Below are positions 46,901-59,900 of a stretch of DNA of 64,000 nucleotides, in pieces. Within the stretch, counting starts at the first letter, position 1, and every line of letters starts with the position of its first letter. This DNA is from Lama guanicoe (Eukaryota), in contig MU056898.1 in NCBI GenBank assembly GCA_013239625.1, positions 2,137,717-2,201,716 on the forward strand, in the 5' to 3' direction. The notes beneath the pieces are model-generated. The model saw only the letters and a program-made list of their open reading frames with translations. It made no database searches and was not told the DNA's origin. Both the position numbers and the translations under genes were made by a program.

Positions 46901-49900
46901 GGAGCCCTGAGGTCCCGCCGTGGGCTTCCTAGCTACTCCGTGCCCGCCCCTGCCAGCTACCCAGTCATCGGAAATAAAGGCGGGGAGTGCTGAGGGGCCC
47001 CTGGGACGTGCGCAGCGTCTGGCCGGGCTCCAGGAGCCACCCACAGGCATGCTGGGGAGCTGGCAGCCGGCCAGGCGTGTCCCGCCAGGGGCCCGGTGGG
47101 GGGGGGGGTGGGAAGCCCACGGGGCGGGTCCCTTCCTGGGAGCCGCGAGGAAGGTTAGCCCCCAGCCCCCAGCCCCACCCCTGCATCAGGAAGCCAGTCC
47201 TGTCTGTCCACCTGTTCGCCCCTCCGTGGGGACCAGGGGTCGGAGTCTGGGCTGAGGAGCGCCAGAAGGGTCTCGATACTTTCTAACGCAAACCCCTGGG
47301 GTGGGGAAACTGAGGCCCAGAAAGAGGCTGACTCCACCTCCGTCCCCGCCCGGCGATTCCAGGAGGGAGCGGCTGAGGGCTGCTACATGAAAGCACTTTT
47401 GATGGAGGTTTGCGGCAGCGTTCTCAGGCTTCACGTGAGTATTATTCCTGCTTTGCTGGTGTGGAACCTGGCATCAGAGGTGTCTGGCCACGGGCAGCGG
47501 CAGATCAGGCTCAGGACCACTCTGGGCAGGGCTAACATCACCCTGGGGGCCCCACCTCTCAATTCCCATTTTAGGGGTGCTGAGGCCCAGAGCTGAGTCT
47601 GACTGACAGAGCCACTGGCCAGGAGCTCCGGGCGGAGTGGACGCCCCGTGTCCTCCTCCTGTGGCCCAGCTGGCCGGATGCTGGGTGGCTTGAGGCCCCC
47701 TGGCCTGGAAGCTGCAGTGAGAGGCCGGCCGTGACTTTGGGTGAAATGAAGCTGCAGCGGCTCCTGGTCTGACCTGCCAGGGCCTAGGGATTCCTTCCGT
47801 ATCCTTGGGTGTCTGTGTGGCCCAGGGGCTCATTCAGACCTGGGGGATCTGTAGCTGAGTTGGAGACAGGCTCCCCCACCTGCCTCAGAGCCCCGCTTGC
47901 CAGTCGGTGGAGGGGCCGCTGGGAATTTAAGCTACCACCGGGGCTCAGGAGATGGGGCAGCAGGCGAGGTCAGTGCCAGTGTCCCGACGGTGGACAAGGG
48001 TGGGCCTTCCAGTGCTGGGGTCTGGGGAGTGGACGAGGGGAGGGGGCACCTTGTCCTTCTCCCCCAGCCCCTGTCTTCTTCTTCACACAGGAGGACAGTT
48101 TGCCTCTGGGGCCCGACATGCAGGACAAGCATTGTCTTACCACAGGGAACCATAACGCTGGCCAGGCTGTGCAGAAGCGCCTGCCAAGGTGGCGGAAACC
48201 AAGACACCACCGGGAGACCCACGTAGGCCTGCCCCTCCCGCTGGGTCTCAGCCTCCAAAGCCAGCTCATGAGAGAAACAACACTGACCCTGAAATAAAAG
48301 TGCGACGGACACGTGGGCCTGACATGCTGACTGAGCCAGGTCCCGGCCTTCCTCACCAGCCGCCTGAGCCTGGGAACAGCGCCTACCTCTCTGTGCTCGG
48401 CCTCTGTGACTGCAGAATGGCGACCCCACCTCCAGGGCCTGAGGAGATGTAACAGGGTACAGTATACAGCAAGTGCTCAATAAACAGACGGCATCTTTGG
48501 ATGCGAAACACACGCAGGTCTGCTGAGACAAACGCAGTCCTTCCACTTCCTGGGCGCTTTCCACGTGTTTCTGTGGCCTTCCTTCCTCCACGGCTTTGGC
48601 TGGACGCCGATGAATAGATGCAGGACACAGGCTGCATGCTGGCTGCGGCCTCCGAGCAGCAGAGGACAGAACATCCCTGCCCCTCCCTGCCTCCTGGAGG
48701 GCATGGCTCCCACCCAGATGCCCACAGCCCCTGGGGTGTGAAGACTGTCCAGGGCTTGGCCCCAACTGTGCACCTGGATGGACTTGGTGGGACCAGCCTC
48801 CTGGGCCCAGGGGCACCTCCTCTGGGGGACAGGCCAGCGCAGGCCCTCAGGGCCCTCCCTTCAGCCCCTGCATGCCCACCAACCCAGCCCTCCTTCTGGG
48901 GCCTTGGGCATCCCAGGGATGGGCTGCATGGTGACCTTCCAGGGTTGCCGGGACCACGCCCCCAGACCACAGCACCCCAACGTAGCCTCCCCAGGGACAG
49001 TGTGCTGGGCCCGCTCCCCTGTCTCTGGAGTGCTCTGGAGCCACAGCCACAGCCCACTTGGAAAGGAAGTGAGTGGCGGCTACAGGCCCAGAGAGACCTG
49101 GTGCGCCATCCGAGGTCCCCCTGTCCTATCTACGCCCCGGGGACCAGGCAGCTCCTGCCCCCACCTCCCGAAGGACAGAGAGGAGGCTGGCCTTGGCTGC
49201 CCTAGCGTGTCTCCCCCGGCTCAGCACGGGGCTCTGTCCACATCCCTGGAAAGAGCAGGGAGAGGATGGGGTGGCAGGTGGGGCCTGGCAGCTGTGACCG
49301 TGATCTCATGACCTTGGGAGACAACCTACCGTGGGTCGGCGTGCTGGTCTGGCCTCTGCGGGTCTGCCCTCCATGGGTGACCTCATCCAACCCCCGCAGC
49401 CCATCAGCGCAGGGCCTCAGGATCAGCTCCATCACACACATGCAGCAGCCAACGCACAGGGATGTGAGCTGGGCCCGCCCTCCCCTCCCTGCCACGGCGG
49501 TGTGACCGTGGCCGTGTCCTTGAGGTCTGCACTCCTGTCCCTCTCCGGTGCGTCCCACGCTTGGCCAGCGCCCGGCACGCAGCCACCGTGATGACCGGCC
49601 AGTGTCCTGGGGCTGCCCTGGAAGGGCCGGATTCGCCCCCTCCGGTTCCGGAGGCCCAGGGGAGTCTGCTCCCTCTCCCTTCAGCCTCGTTAGTTCCTTC
49701 CTTCTCTCGGACGTTTCTCCCGTGGCTTCCGTGGACCAGGCCCTGGAGGAGCCGTGACCCCACTGCCCTCCTGGAAGCTTCTTCAAGTCCCCTTGCGCTT
49801 CAAAGGCCTGGGAGCCGGGCGACCTCTGTGCCCCCCTGGGCGTGGTTTCCGGGTGTTCCTGGGGTGGCAGGCGGCTCTTTGGGGCTATTTTGGGATCGCC

Positions 49901-52900
49901 ACAAACTTCTCTCTCCTCCTGTGAACGGGGACTTTTCATCAAACTCTGCTAAGACGGGGGTGATGTCACTCCCAAATTACAGGGGCTCTGCTGGGTGGGG
50001 CGGCGGGCAGGGAGGTGTGACCCCCGCACCCAGCTGGGTGGCCCCAGGCCTGTCACTGGCAGGCAGGCTCGGAGGTCCCCTCCTGAGAGGCCGCACAACC
50101 ACGGGGGCACAGCGTGCCTCTGGGAAAATCACGACGCTGGGCTAAACGTCTGCTTGTTTATTTAGGACGGGCAGCTGGACATGACCGTCCCGGGGAAGTG
50201 ACTAAATTGTCCTGGTCTTTCCCGGGGACGCCCGGCAGGCGGAGCCTGGAAGGGAGGGGGTTCAGCAGGGTCCCTCCCATGTCAGCAGGTCCCAGCCCAG
50301 CCCAGAACCTGGGTAACCCAAGCTCTCGGCCTGGACCCATTTGGAGGGGCCTCGCCCCCGCCGAGTGAGGCTGTCTGGCATTGCCCACTGGCCCCTGAGA
50401 CCCCAGCCACCTCCCCAGGGGCAGAACAAGCCGCAGGCCGGCTCGAGGGGCCTTCCTGGGAGTGGAGAAGGGTCAGCGTGCCCTCTTGCTTCCTTCCCAA
50501 ATCAGGGTGTTGGGGGGCAGACTGAGGCCGACGAGGACAAGACAGGGAAGGAGGCAGAGACTCTCTCAGGGAAGCTGAGCCCCCAGCCTCTGGAGATGTG
50601 GCCCCGTGCTCAGGACCCTCTTGGACTGGGAGGGGGACCCCAGCATCAGGAGGCCCCCAGACTCGGCGCAGGCAGGAGGCCCCACAGGCCTGGTGCACCC
50701 CTCGCTCATTTATTCATTCACTCAGTGAGCGTCTGGAGCTGCTCTGGGAAGGGGACTAGGCGGGGCCTCTCTCCAGCTCACTTTGAAATTCCATTCGATC
50801 CTTTGGGGTCGTGGCACAGAAAACTCCTATTAACGTGCAGCTTGCCCGCCCGTGGTGGGGTGGGAGGAAATCCCGGGCACCTCTGGGCTCCTGCTCCCGC
50901 TGGGCTGGCTGGGGGACACGGGGCAGGTGCAGGGGGTGCGCGGAGCAGGGGCTCAGCGCAGGGAGGTGCTGGGCCCCGGGGAGGGGACCACGCGGGAACT
51001 GCGGTGTCTGATGGCAGAAAGGGCGGGGCTGGAACCAAGGCGTCAGCCTCCCTGACCCTGGGAGCCGTGCCTCTCCACCCACCGGTAACAGGACCAGGAC
51101 GGCGTCAGCCTGACCCGGTTCCCAAACTGAGCCATTGTGCGGCACCGTCTGAACTCCCCTCGTCAGTCGCCACGGCACTGCTGTGTGCTCGATGTTCTTC
51201 AAAGCGACTCATGTTTTAAGACAGAATTTTAATTGTGTTTTCCCCTCTGAGCCTATGACCAGCTCAGTCCTTGTGAACTTCAGCAATTAGAAAGAGATGC
51301 AGTATTTCCGATTGAAAAAATCAGTCACTTGCCCATACTGAGGTTGACCCAAATGACAGACACAGAGCGGAGTGGAGAGTGGGTTCTAGCCGGGGGCGCG
51401 TGTGAAGCCGTGTCCTGCGCGTGCAGCCTGCTCCCTCGGCTCTGGGCGTCCGAGGCCGACTGAGACCCAGCGGAGACTTCCTCCTTGAGCAGGAGCTGGA
51501 ATTACAGAGGGGGTGGGTTTCGCACTCCTGCTCTGTCCTGGGACCTCCCAAGTCACCTCTCGCCCCGCATCGCCCCCCCAGTTGTGAGAATTGCCAGGGA
51601 ACAGAGGGTTCTTTTCGCTGCAGGTGCCAAAACCTGACCGTCTGACCCAAAGTAAAGAAGTTTGTAAGAAAGGAAAGAGGAACCCGAGATGGGGGGCCGG
51701 GGGGTGCCCAGCAGATGGACGTCTCATCCAAGACCAGGAGTCCCTCTGCTCGGCCACCCTTGCGGGGGTGGCCCTTGTCCTCCGTGGGCACGCGCGGCGC
51801 AGGGCAGTCGGGAAGCGCAGGGCACAGCTGAGTGCGGCAGGAGAGCGAGAGGAGGGCCCACTCCTCAGGCCTGAGAGCGTCTCCTCCTCCGGCCGACTGG
51901 GCTGAGACCCGCAGGTGACGGGCTGGGGATTGGGGCCGGATCACACGATGTTATCGTTTCGTGAGTAATCTGTAAGCACTCTGCTAATGAGCTACTTTCA
52001 TCTTCCTTTTTTTGTGCAGACTGTGAAATCTGGTGCGTATTTCACATTTGCAGTACATCCCAATCCGCGCACGGCCTTCTCACTGGAAATGCGTCACCTG
52101 CGTTTAGGTTTCATAGACCTCACAGCTGAAAAGCAGACTCACCCAGATGGTTGCCTGGGCCGTACTTGAGAGTCCTCTGATCGCCTCAAACACCCCCAGA
52201 TGCACCTTTCCTGAACAGCAACTCTTCCGCTGGCAGGACTGCTCCAGGTTGAAGCTTCCCTCCTGCTTCCGCGCGCACTTCCAGCGCATTTTCACGTGCC
52301 GTCCTGCTCTGTCACGCCAGCCTTTCTCTAGCCGCTTGTTCTGTCGTGTGCACCTTCTCCGTAGCTGTGAAAGCTGCTTAAGTGACAGAGCTGGTAGCCC
52401 TTTGCTGCGATACGGTTTGGAGATGTTTTCCCAGGTTGTCACTGATCTAATTTCTAACTTTTTTGCGAAGCAGAAGGTTTTAAACATAGAAATCACAGGA
52501 GAGCCCACCCGTGTTTCCGTCCAGGGTGTCTATCTCTGCACTTCGAATACTTCAAATTTTGAAACATGGACGGAGCCGAGCAAGTGGCAAAGGTACTACA
52601 CAGGGTCCCCTCGCCCGTCTCCTCTCTCTGATGGTTGAGCTTCGCACAAATGTGGTCAAAACGGGAAGCTGGCTCTGGAGTGGGGCGGTGTCGGGCCGGC
52701 AGTGCCTCACCATGCGGGGGGTTTGTGGGTGCAGCGGCACGGCAGGACAGAGCCGAGCCGTCACCAGAGAGCTCCCTCGTTCCAGTTTCATTTTGTTGAT
52801 GTTGCATCCGTGTTTTTATTTTACTTCTGGCATGAAGTATAAAGAAAGAATCCAATTCAGTCTTCTTTCATATGAATATCCTACAATCCTGATACCACAA

Positions 52901-52909
52901 CATTCCTTT

Positions 52910-53575
52910 CTTTAAACAGTTTTATTGAGGTAACATCGACCTTACACGAGCTACACATATTTAAAGTGTATATCCGACAAGTTCAGTTACACAGATACAC
53001 CTGTGAACTGTCATCAAAATCAAGATACTGGATATACTGTTAGCCCAAAGCTTCCTCGAGCCCTGGGTGACCCTCCCGGCACTGTCCCCCGCACCCCACT
53101 CCACTCCCTGTGGCTTCAGGGCCGCTGGCATGTCTTCTGGTTTTGTGTAAATGAAGTCATGATGTGGTAACCTTTGGCTTCTTTAACTCAGACCATCATC
53201 AGTTTCTCCCTTTTTATATTTGCGTAGCATTCATGGTATGAGGGCTGGATCTGTGGGACAGATGGACCCGTAGGGAGGATGGACCCGTGGGGAGGATGGA
53301 CCCATGGGGGGGATGGACCCGTGGGGGGGATGGACCCGTGGGGGGGATGGACCCTTGGGGGGAATGGACCCGTGGGGGGGATGGACTTGTAGGGAGGATG
53401 GACTCATAGGGGGGATGGACCTGTGGGAGGATGGACCCGTGGGAAGGTGCACATGTTGTGCATCCCACCACCCACTGAGGGGCATTTGTGTTGCCCTAGT
53501 TTGTGGCTCTTACAAACAGAGCTTCAGTGAGCATCACGTCCAGGCCTCAGACGTCCATGCACAGCTTGTTCACTG
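52910..53575 (-). mobile_element. L1M (L1MB/MC-like) 3' end fragment
   Basis: TTAAACAGTTTTATTGAGGTA...CATATTTAAAGTGTA...ATACACCTGTGAA...AAATCAAGATA, typical of an antisense L1M 3' end. Confidence 0.7.
53244..53446. repeat. 17-bp G-rich minisatellite, about 12 units (GATGGACCCGTGGGGRG)
   Basis: Units counted directly at 53261, 53278, 53295, 53312, 53329, 53346, 53363, 53380, 53397, 53414 and 53430, plus a degenerate first unit. Confidence 0.95.
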
Positions 53576-55299
53576 ACATTCATGGTGCCTATGTTTTACA
53601 CCTAGGTTGATGGTAACAAAAATGAAATAAAATTTAAAATCTGATTTCTCATTTGCTCTAAGCACATTTCACGTGCTCAGGAACTGGTTTGATGGTTTCT
53701 CAATCTTGTCCAAAACTTCATAAACCATCCGGCCTGAAGGGCTGGGCAGCACGGCCGATGGTGGCAGTACGTCCACGAACGGCCGGGGTGCGTCAGACAG
53801 GGGGACAGCAGGCCAGGGAGCAACCGCGGGGGCGAGTTCAGGGCGTTGGGAGCCTTCCTGCGGGTCACCCGAGGGGAGGCCTGGAGGACAAGTTGGGTGG
53901 GGAGCCCGGTCTGTGACGAGCGGGCAGTGGGGAAGGGGAGGGAGGTGGTTTCGGGACGAGGAGGGGCTGGGCCTATCCGAGGACAAGGGAGTGAACACAG
54001 GTTCACGCTGTAGAGCACAGGGAACCGTGGTCAAGACCTCTCAGTAACTGAGGGTGAAAAGGGTATGCAAATGAGCACACGTGTGTTCACGCGTGAAGGA
54101 AGCACTGTGCCGCACACCGGAAATGGACACACTGTTAACGGAGTGCACGTCGATAGAGACATGCACCGCAGGACAGGGGGCTCCTGTGGGTCTGAGGCTC
54201 ACCCGTGTGCGGGGGGCCCTGGAGCGGCTCCTGGGGCCTTTGCCCTTGGCGGGGCCTTGTCCTTCCTTCAGCGTCCGTGCCTGTCCCTGCCCGTCACCCC
54301 ACGTGTGTTTGGGAGGGAGGAAGGGACTCTCTACTCCCTCAGAAGCTCCCTGTTGCTGGGGTCCCAGGCCAGCTGTCCTCCCCACGCCGTCTCCCCACAC
54401 TCCCTGGACCAGTGGCTGCTGCCTGGGAGGCCCTGGGCCTTGCTTCCCTGCTCCCTGGGGCTGTGCAGGGTGGGGGTCCCTGGCCGGGTCTTGGGGGGCC
54501 AAGACACAGAATCTGAGCTCACGGGGGCGGGGTCTGTTCCCGGTGACTCAGAAAAGGCTGCTGACATGCAGGCCGCGCCTCATTTTGGGTAAAGAAAAGG
54601 AGGGAACTTGGAAGTCCTCAGCGTCGTTAATCCTGGGGCGGGTTCCTGAAAGCAGAGCTGCACTGGGCCCAGAAGGCCTCCTGGGTCAGGACGGGCTCAG
54701 GGGGCCCGGTCCCAGGGAGGCTTCGAGCTGGCCCAGTCCCTCCCTCTCCCTCCCCTGTCAGACCTGAGCTCCGGCAGGTGGGTGAGGGGAGGGGGAGAGG
54801 TGGCCCTGGGAGACTGAGAAGGGTGTCAAGACCCTGTTTCAAAGCCCGGGGAGCCTAGGAGCTGCCTCAGGGCCGCCGCAGCCCTACGCCAGAGGCTGAG
54901 GAGGTGGGGGTGCTGTGCAGGGCGTTGACTGCTCCTGCCCTGCTGTGCGGAGGCAGCGAGGCGGCGATGCGGGACCTCGGCTGTCACCTGTGAGCTGGGG
55001 CAAGAGTCACCAGCAGAGCCCCTCAGGGAGCGGTCCTGGGAGGGACCTGACGTGGGGAGGGGTGGAGCCACTGGGAGGGTGCACTGAGGGTGCACAGGGC
55101 CTTTCTCCTTCTAGGGGATCAGCTCAAGTTAGAAACTGGAGGAGGGAAGCCTCAGGGAACTGACCTTCCTGACTGAAGAGAGGGCCTGGGATGCAGGAGG
55201 GAAACTGAGGCAGAGTCCTTTCTAGCTGTTCAGCTGCAGGGCTGGCAGCCTGAGTGCCCAAAGCCCACTGAGGCTGTGCCAGCCGGTTCACTTCCCTAC

Positions 55300-55470
55300 C
55301 TCCATCCACGTGTCCATCCGCTCACCCTGCACCTGTCCATCCATCCATGCATCCATCCCTCCGGCCGTCCAATACCTTTCATAACCTCCTCAGCGTTGGG
55401 TGTGGCTCTAGGTGAGGGAGGCACTACGAGACACAGTCTTGTCCTCATGGAGCCGACACTCCAGTGCTCT
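55300..55470 (-). mobile_element. L2 3' end with (CCAT)n tail
   Basis: CCATCCATCC repeats followed by GACACAGTCTTGTCCTCATGGAGC. Confidence 0.5.
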
Positions 55471-56649
55471 AATCACTGGGGAACAGAGGTCAGAAGTGCC
55501 AGGGCTCCACAAACTCCTTTGCCCCAGGGGCTCCCTCTGGGATGTGGCGGAGGGACCCCCAGGGATCACAGCCAGAGACCAAGGGCTGTCACTGGCCCCC
55601 CGCCTTGTGCTCACTAGGGGTTTCCAGGGGCACAAGGGGAGTAAGGGTCCCCACCCTACTTGCCTTTGCTCTGCGGGATCCGTCCAGCTGGGGCCGGAGA
55701 AGTGTCCTTGGGGATCTCGGAGTTCCTGACGGTATTTCTAACGGAGACCCCTGTGAGCTTTTGGCAGGCACTGGGCTGGGAGCCACACTTACTAAGCGCC
55801 TGCTGTGTGCGCCTCACACAGTGATAAACTCACTTACACCCTGAAAGAGAGATTCCATTTTGCAGACGGGACGGGCCCTGAGGGATGGGCAAGGGCGTCG
55901 CTGTGGGTCGGAACCCAGGTGGTCTGTCTCTCTGGGTGTTTCTCAATAAGAACCTGCCCTTGGGGGAGGGGAGCTGTCGGTGGCTGAGTGCCCGGCCGGG
56001 GCACCCGGAGTCTCTCCAAGTCTGACCTCATTCAGAAGCTGGCTGGGGACAACAGGCAGCCGGGCGGCCATCCCAGGTGACCTTTCATCTCACGGCCTCC
56101 TGGCCACAGCCCGAGGTGAGCCTCGGCTTCTTTCTGGCCTCTGCTGAGGTTACTCAGTGCATAAAGGGTAACTCAGTCCCGGCTCAAGTGTCAGCCTGGG
56201 AAGAGCCAGAGTGCGTGGCCAGGGGCCTCTGCCTGCCGGCTGGATCCGGAAAGACTGTCCCTCCCCCTCTCTGCAGGCGGCTGGGCAGAGATAGCCCTGG
56301 ACCCGGAATCAGGGGGTCCCAGGTGCAAGTCAGACCCCAGGCCGAGTGTGTCAGTGAATTCGGGCAAACTGGGGCCTGTTCAGTGCCTCTCCCTGCCCCA
56401 GGGACGGGCAGACACGGCCCCGGCGCAGAGGCTGGCAGGGTGGGTGGGGCTGGGGCGGGCGCAGAGGCCTGGGTGCTGGCATTGTCTCCCTCCTGTGGCC
56501 ACGCAGAGGCCTCCTGGGGGCAGCGTGCCGCTAACTCCAGCAGCAAGTGGACCTCTGTCCTGATGCTCAACCTGGCCACGCGCCGGTGCTGGACCTCCTG
56601 GGTCCTCCGTGGACTGGTTGCACCCCAGCACCTGCCTTCTGCTGTGCAG

Positions 56650-56988
56650 AATGTGCTACCAGATTGTGCCGCCAGATTCGAAGGCTGAAGCCCTAACCCC
56701 GTGGTGTGACTCTGTTTGGAGACCAGGACTCTAGGCAGTACTTAGGTTAAGTGGTGTCATGGGGGGGGGGCCTGACCCAGTAGGAGTGGTGTCCCTGCAG
56801 GAGGAGGAAGAGACACCAGGGCTCTCTCTCCCCGTGAGCGCACGAGAAGGTGGAGTCTGCAAGCCAGAGGCAGACCTCACCAGAAGTCTGGTGGCACCTC
56901 GATCTTGGACGTCTGGCCTCCAGAACTGTGAGAGATAAATTTCTGTTTCTCATGTCACCCCGTCTGTGGCGACAGTCCTGCAGACCAA
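56650..56988 (+). mobile_element. MLT1A-like solo LTR (ERVL-MaLR)
   Basis: TGAAGCCCTAACCCC..GTGAC...TTTGGAGA...GGCACCTCGATCTTGGAC...GCCTCCAGAACTGTGAGAGATAAATTTCTGTT. Confidence 0.8.
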
Positions 56989-59900
56989 GCCCCGGCCCCC
57001 AGCTAACTTTCCTCCCTTGAAGTAGCAAATGAAAAAGGGGAGCAGGGACGGGGCATCCCGGGCCTGCCTGGACGCCTGGTAGCAATGTGGCCTCCAACAA
57101 GCCCCTTTCGCTTTGTGGGCCTCAGTTTCCCACCAGAAATGAGGACGCTGCTCTGAATGACCGGCTCCTCCACGGGCTTCTCCAGGCCAAGGCCACTGTG
57201 CCAGGTGGGGAGGGCTTGTCCTTGGTGAGGATCGCCGGGCACTCTCAGGGCACAGAACTGGGGAGAAATGGACAACTGGCCCTTGCAATGTGATCCTGGA
57301 AGATGGGCTCGGCGGGGCCCCACCCTGACGGCTGACGGCAGACCAGGCCACAGGAAGGGGCGACAGGCAGGACCCAGGACGGGACAACAGTCCCACGTGG
57401 GAACCCCTGGGCAGGGACCTCCTGTACCCGGCAGCCCATAGTCCTGGAAGCAGGCACCCACCCCACGGCCCCTGGTCAGTCCTGGCCCTTCGTGGGTGCT
57501 TGGGAGGTGGGCTGCCAGCTGGACACCTTCACAGAAACCTGTGGCCAGCTCTGCCCAGAGGCCTGGCCCTGGGCGCCTGTCACCTCGGGGCTCCCTTCCA
57601 GCTGGAGCTGTGCAGAGAGAAGAACCTCTTTCTCAGCAAGCCCGGGGCAGCCAGGCGACCCCCAGCAGGAGGCTGGGCTCCCAGCCGGAGCGGGCCGGTC
57701 CGGCCAGGTCCCCCGTGCCAGCGCCAGCCCCCCTCAGACCCTTGTGCTTCCCTGGGGTGGCGGAAGTGGCCGCGGCCTTTAGAACAGAGCTGGTCACTGT
57801 CGATCTGACAGTGATGGATAGGCCAGGGCTCGGGGCTGCTCCGGGGGCTGAGTCCACTCCCCTCAGGGTGGACACGGCCCCTGGGCCTGGGGAAGGGCGC
57901 TCCGGGGGCGCGTCTGGGCGGGTGGGCTCTCTGCTGAAACCAGCATTTCTGCGGCTGTTTCTGCAGGTGGCCCAGTGCCTCCGACCGCGGCAGGGTCCTG
58001 CTCGGAGAGAAGCTCTCTGGGCGCTGCAGAGCATGCTGGGGCCCGTCTGCCTCACGGGGCCGCCAGCCCGAGATGGGGCTCAGCCCTCCTGGCTTAGTGC
58101 GGCCTCTCGGCCTGTCTGCTGCTCAGATGAAAAATCCGGATGAGAGGGGGGTCACCCCTACGCTGGGGTACTTGCGGCTGGCCCCCTAGGACGCCTGAGT
58201 GTGGGTCTCCCCAGGGGGCTGACTCCCTCCCTCCCTCATTCACCCACTCACTCAGCACCTGGGGACTTTCTCTTTTGGTCTTCGTGTCCTGACACTAAAT
58301 GGACACAGGGCAATTCTTCTAGGTCGGAGCTGCCCGGTAGCCACAGAATTAGAGCTTCGTGTGTCATTCCAAATTTGCCAGTGTCTGCATCTAAAGGAGT
58401 GAAAACCAGCAGGTAAAATTTAATTTAGACTGTGTGTTTATCCAGACAAACCAAAGCATTGTTATTTCTGCATGCAACCTGCATAAAACTCCCTGGAGAG
58501 AAATTTCACTTTGCTGGCACCGAGCCTTTGCAATCCGCCTATGTTTTATGTTGTGCTCACCTGCACTGGGACCCACCCAGAGCAGCGATCTGCCCCCACG
58601 AGAATCCTCACACCCTGATGGGTCTGCTTCGGGTCTTGAGGTGTGAGGGGAGGGCCTGGCCAGAGAGCAGAGACCGCCGGGCAGGCGCTGAGGTGCGCGG
58701 CAGGCCTTGGGGCAGGCAGAGGTGGACGCTCACCCGGGACGCCCTCTGTCCAGGCAGCGGCTCCAAGGCCTGGAGGCCAGGTGGGTCTGGCCTCTCTCCT
58801 GTCCCGTCCACTGGGGCCATGTCCGGGCCCAGCTGGGGCAGTCGCCCTGGTGGCACCAGAGGGCATCTAGCCCTGGACTCATGCAGAGAGAGCCCCCTTG
58901 CTGGGGGACTCCTGGCTTGTGAATGAGGTGGGTTACATCACCCAAATACAGGGAGGTTAAGTGAGGGCGTTGGGACCCACACACGTCCAGTCCACCTGCC
59001 AGCTGCAGGGGCAGCGGTCACTACACAGCTGTGCTCAGGGGCCTCCTGGGCCCACTCTCAGGGTAGGACCAGCCACAGCTGCCCGGGGCCTTGGCCCTTC
59101 CGAGGCCGGGAGCAGCTGTGCCGGGGGCAGGTGGAGGTGGGCGGTCTCCCCATTCTGGGCCCGGCCCTGGCCCCCTGCTGAGATCTGAGTTGGGGCACCT
59201 CACAGGGCCGGGGGGCCTGTGAATGCACCCAGGATAACTACCTCTGTCCACCTTCGCCTTTGAGCGCCTTTCATCTGATCCGTGAAGCGTTTTACAAACT
59301 GGCTCATTAACCTCCCACGGCCTGGAGGTAACTCGGTCCACTTTGTGGGAGGGAAACTGAACCACCCCTTGTTCAAGATTTACAGCTGGGCCACCCACCG
59401 AGACACCCCGTCCTGGTTTCCCCCCCAATTCCAGATGCAGGATGTGCTGGCAGGAGCAGGGCCCCCTCACAGGGAGTGAGAACCGAGGGGCTGGTCGCGG
59501 GGGCTGAGTGAGGGCCTCTGTGCAGCGGTCTCTGAGCCCGGCGCCCACGTGCTGTTCCGCAGAGGGCTGTGTCTACCAGACGCTGGCTGAATTCTCTCAA
59601 GGATTCACATGCGTCCTGCAAGTCGGTTTGACGCCCCCTCCACAGGTAAGAAAGCAGAGCTTCAGAGAAGTCAGCTCTCTATGCAAAGCCATCAGAGTGC
59701 AGCCCCCTCAGAGCAGTCCAGCCCCCGAGGCCACACGGTCCGTCTGCGCGCGGCCACCTTGAAGGGGCGCCCTGTTCAGGAGCTCACAGTTGAGGTCAGG
59801 GTGTGCGCTCCAGGACAGGGCAGGTGCAACGGAGTGAAAGCCACGTTCTGCGAGGAGGGCGAGTGTGTCTCAGCCAAACTGGAAGCAGACATGGGGAGTG

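Larger units (their letters stand above)
51955..53685. mobile_element. hAT-Charlie (Charlie5/MER33-related) remnant, interrupted by an L1 fragment
   Basis: GAAATCTGGTGCGTATTTCACATTTGCAGTACATCCCAATCCG (52025-52067) and AAGCACATTTCACGTGCTCA (~53660-53679) resemble MER33/Charlie terminal regions. Confidence 0.5.

Noticed and set aside
52147-52638. 163-aa ORF inside the Charlie-like remnant as a domesticated transposase
   Set aside because: No recognisable hAT motifs; the element is degraded and interrupted
53244-53446. Regular short repeats as a CRISPR-like array
   Set aside because: Head-to-tail units with no unique spacers, in mammalian DNA: a minisatellite
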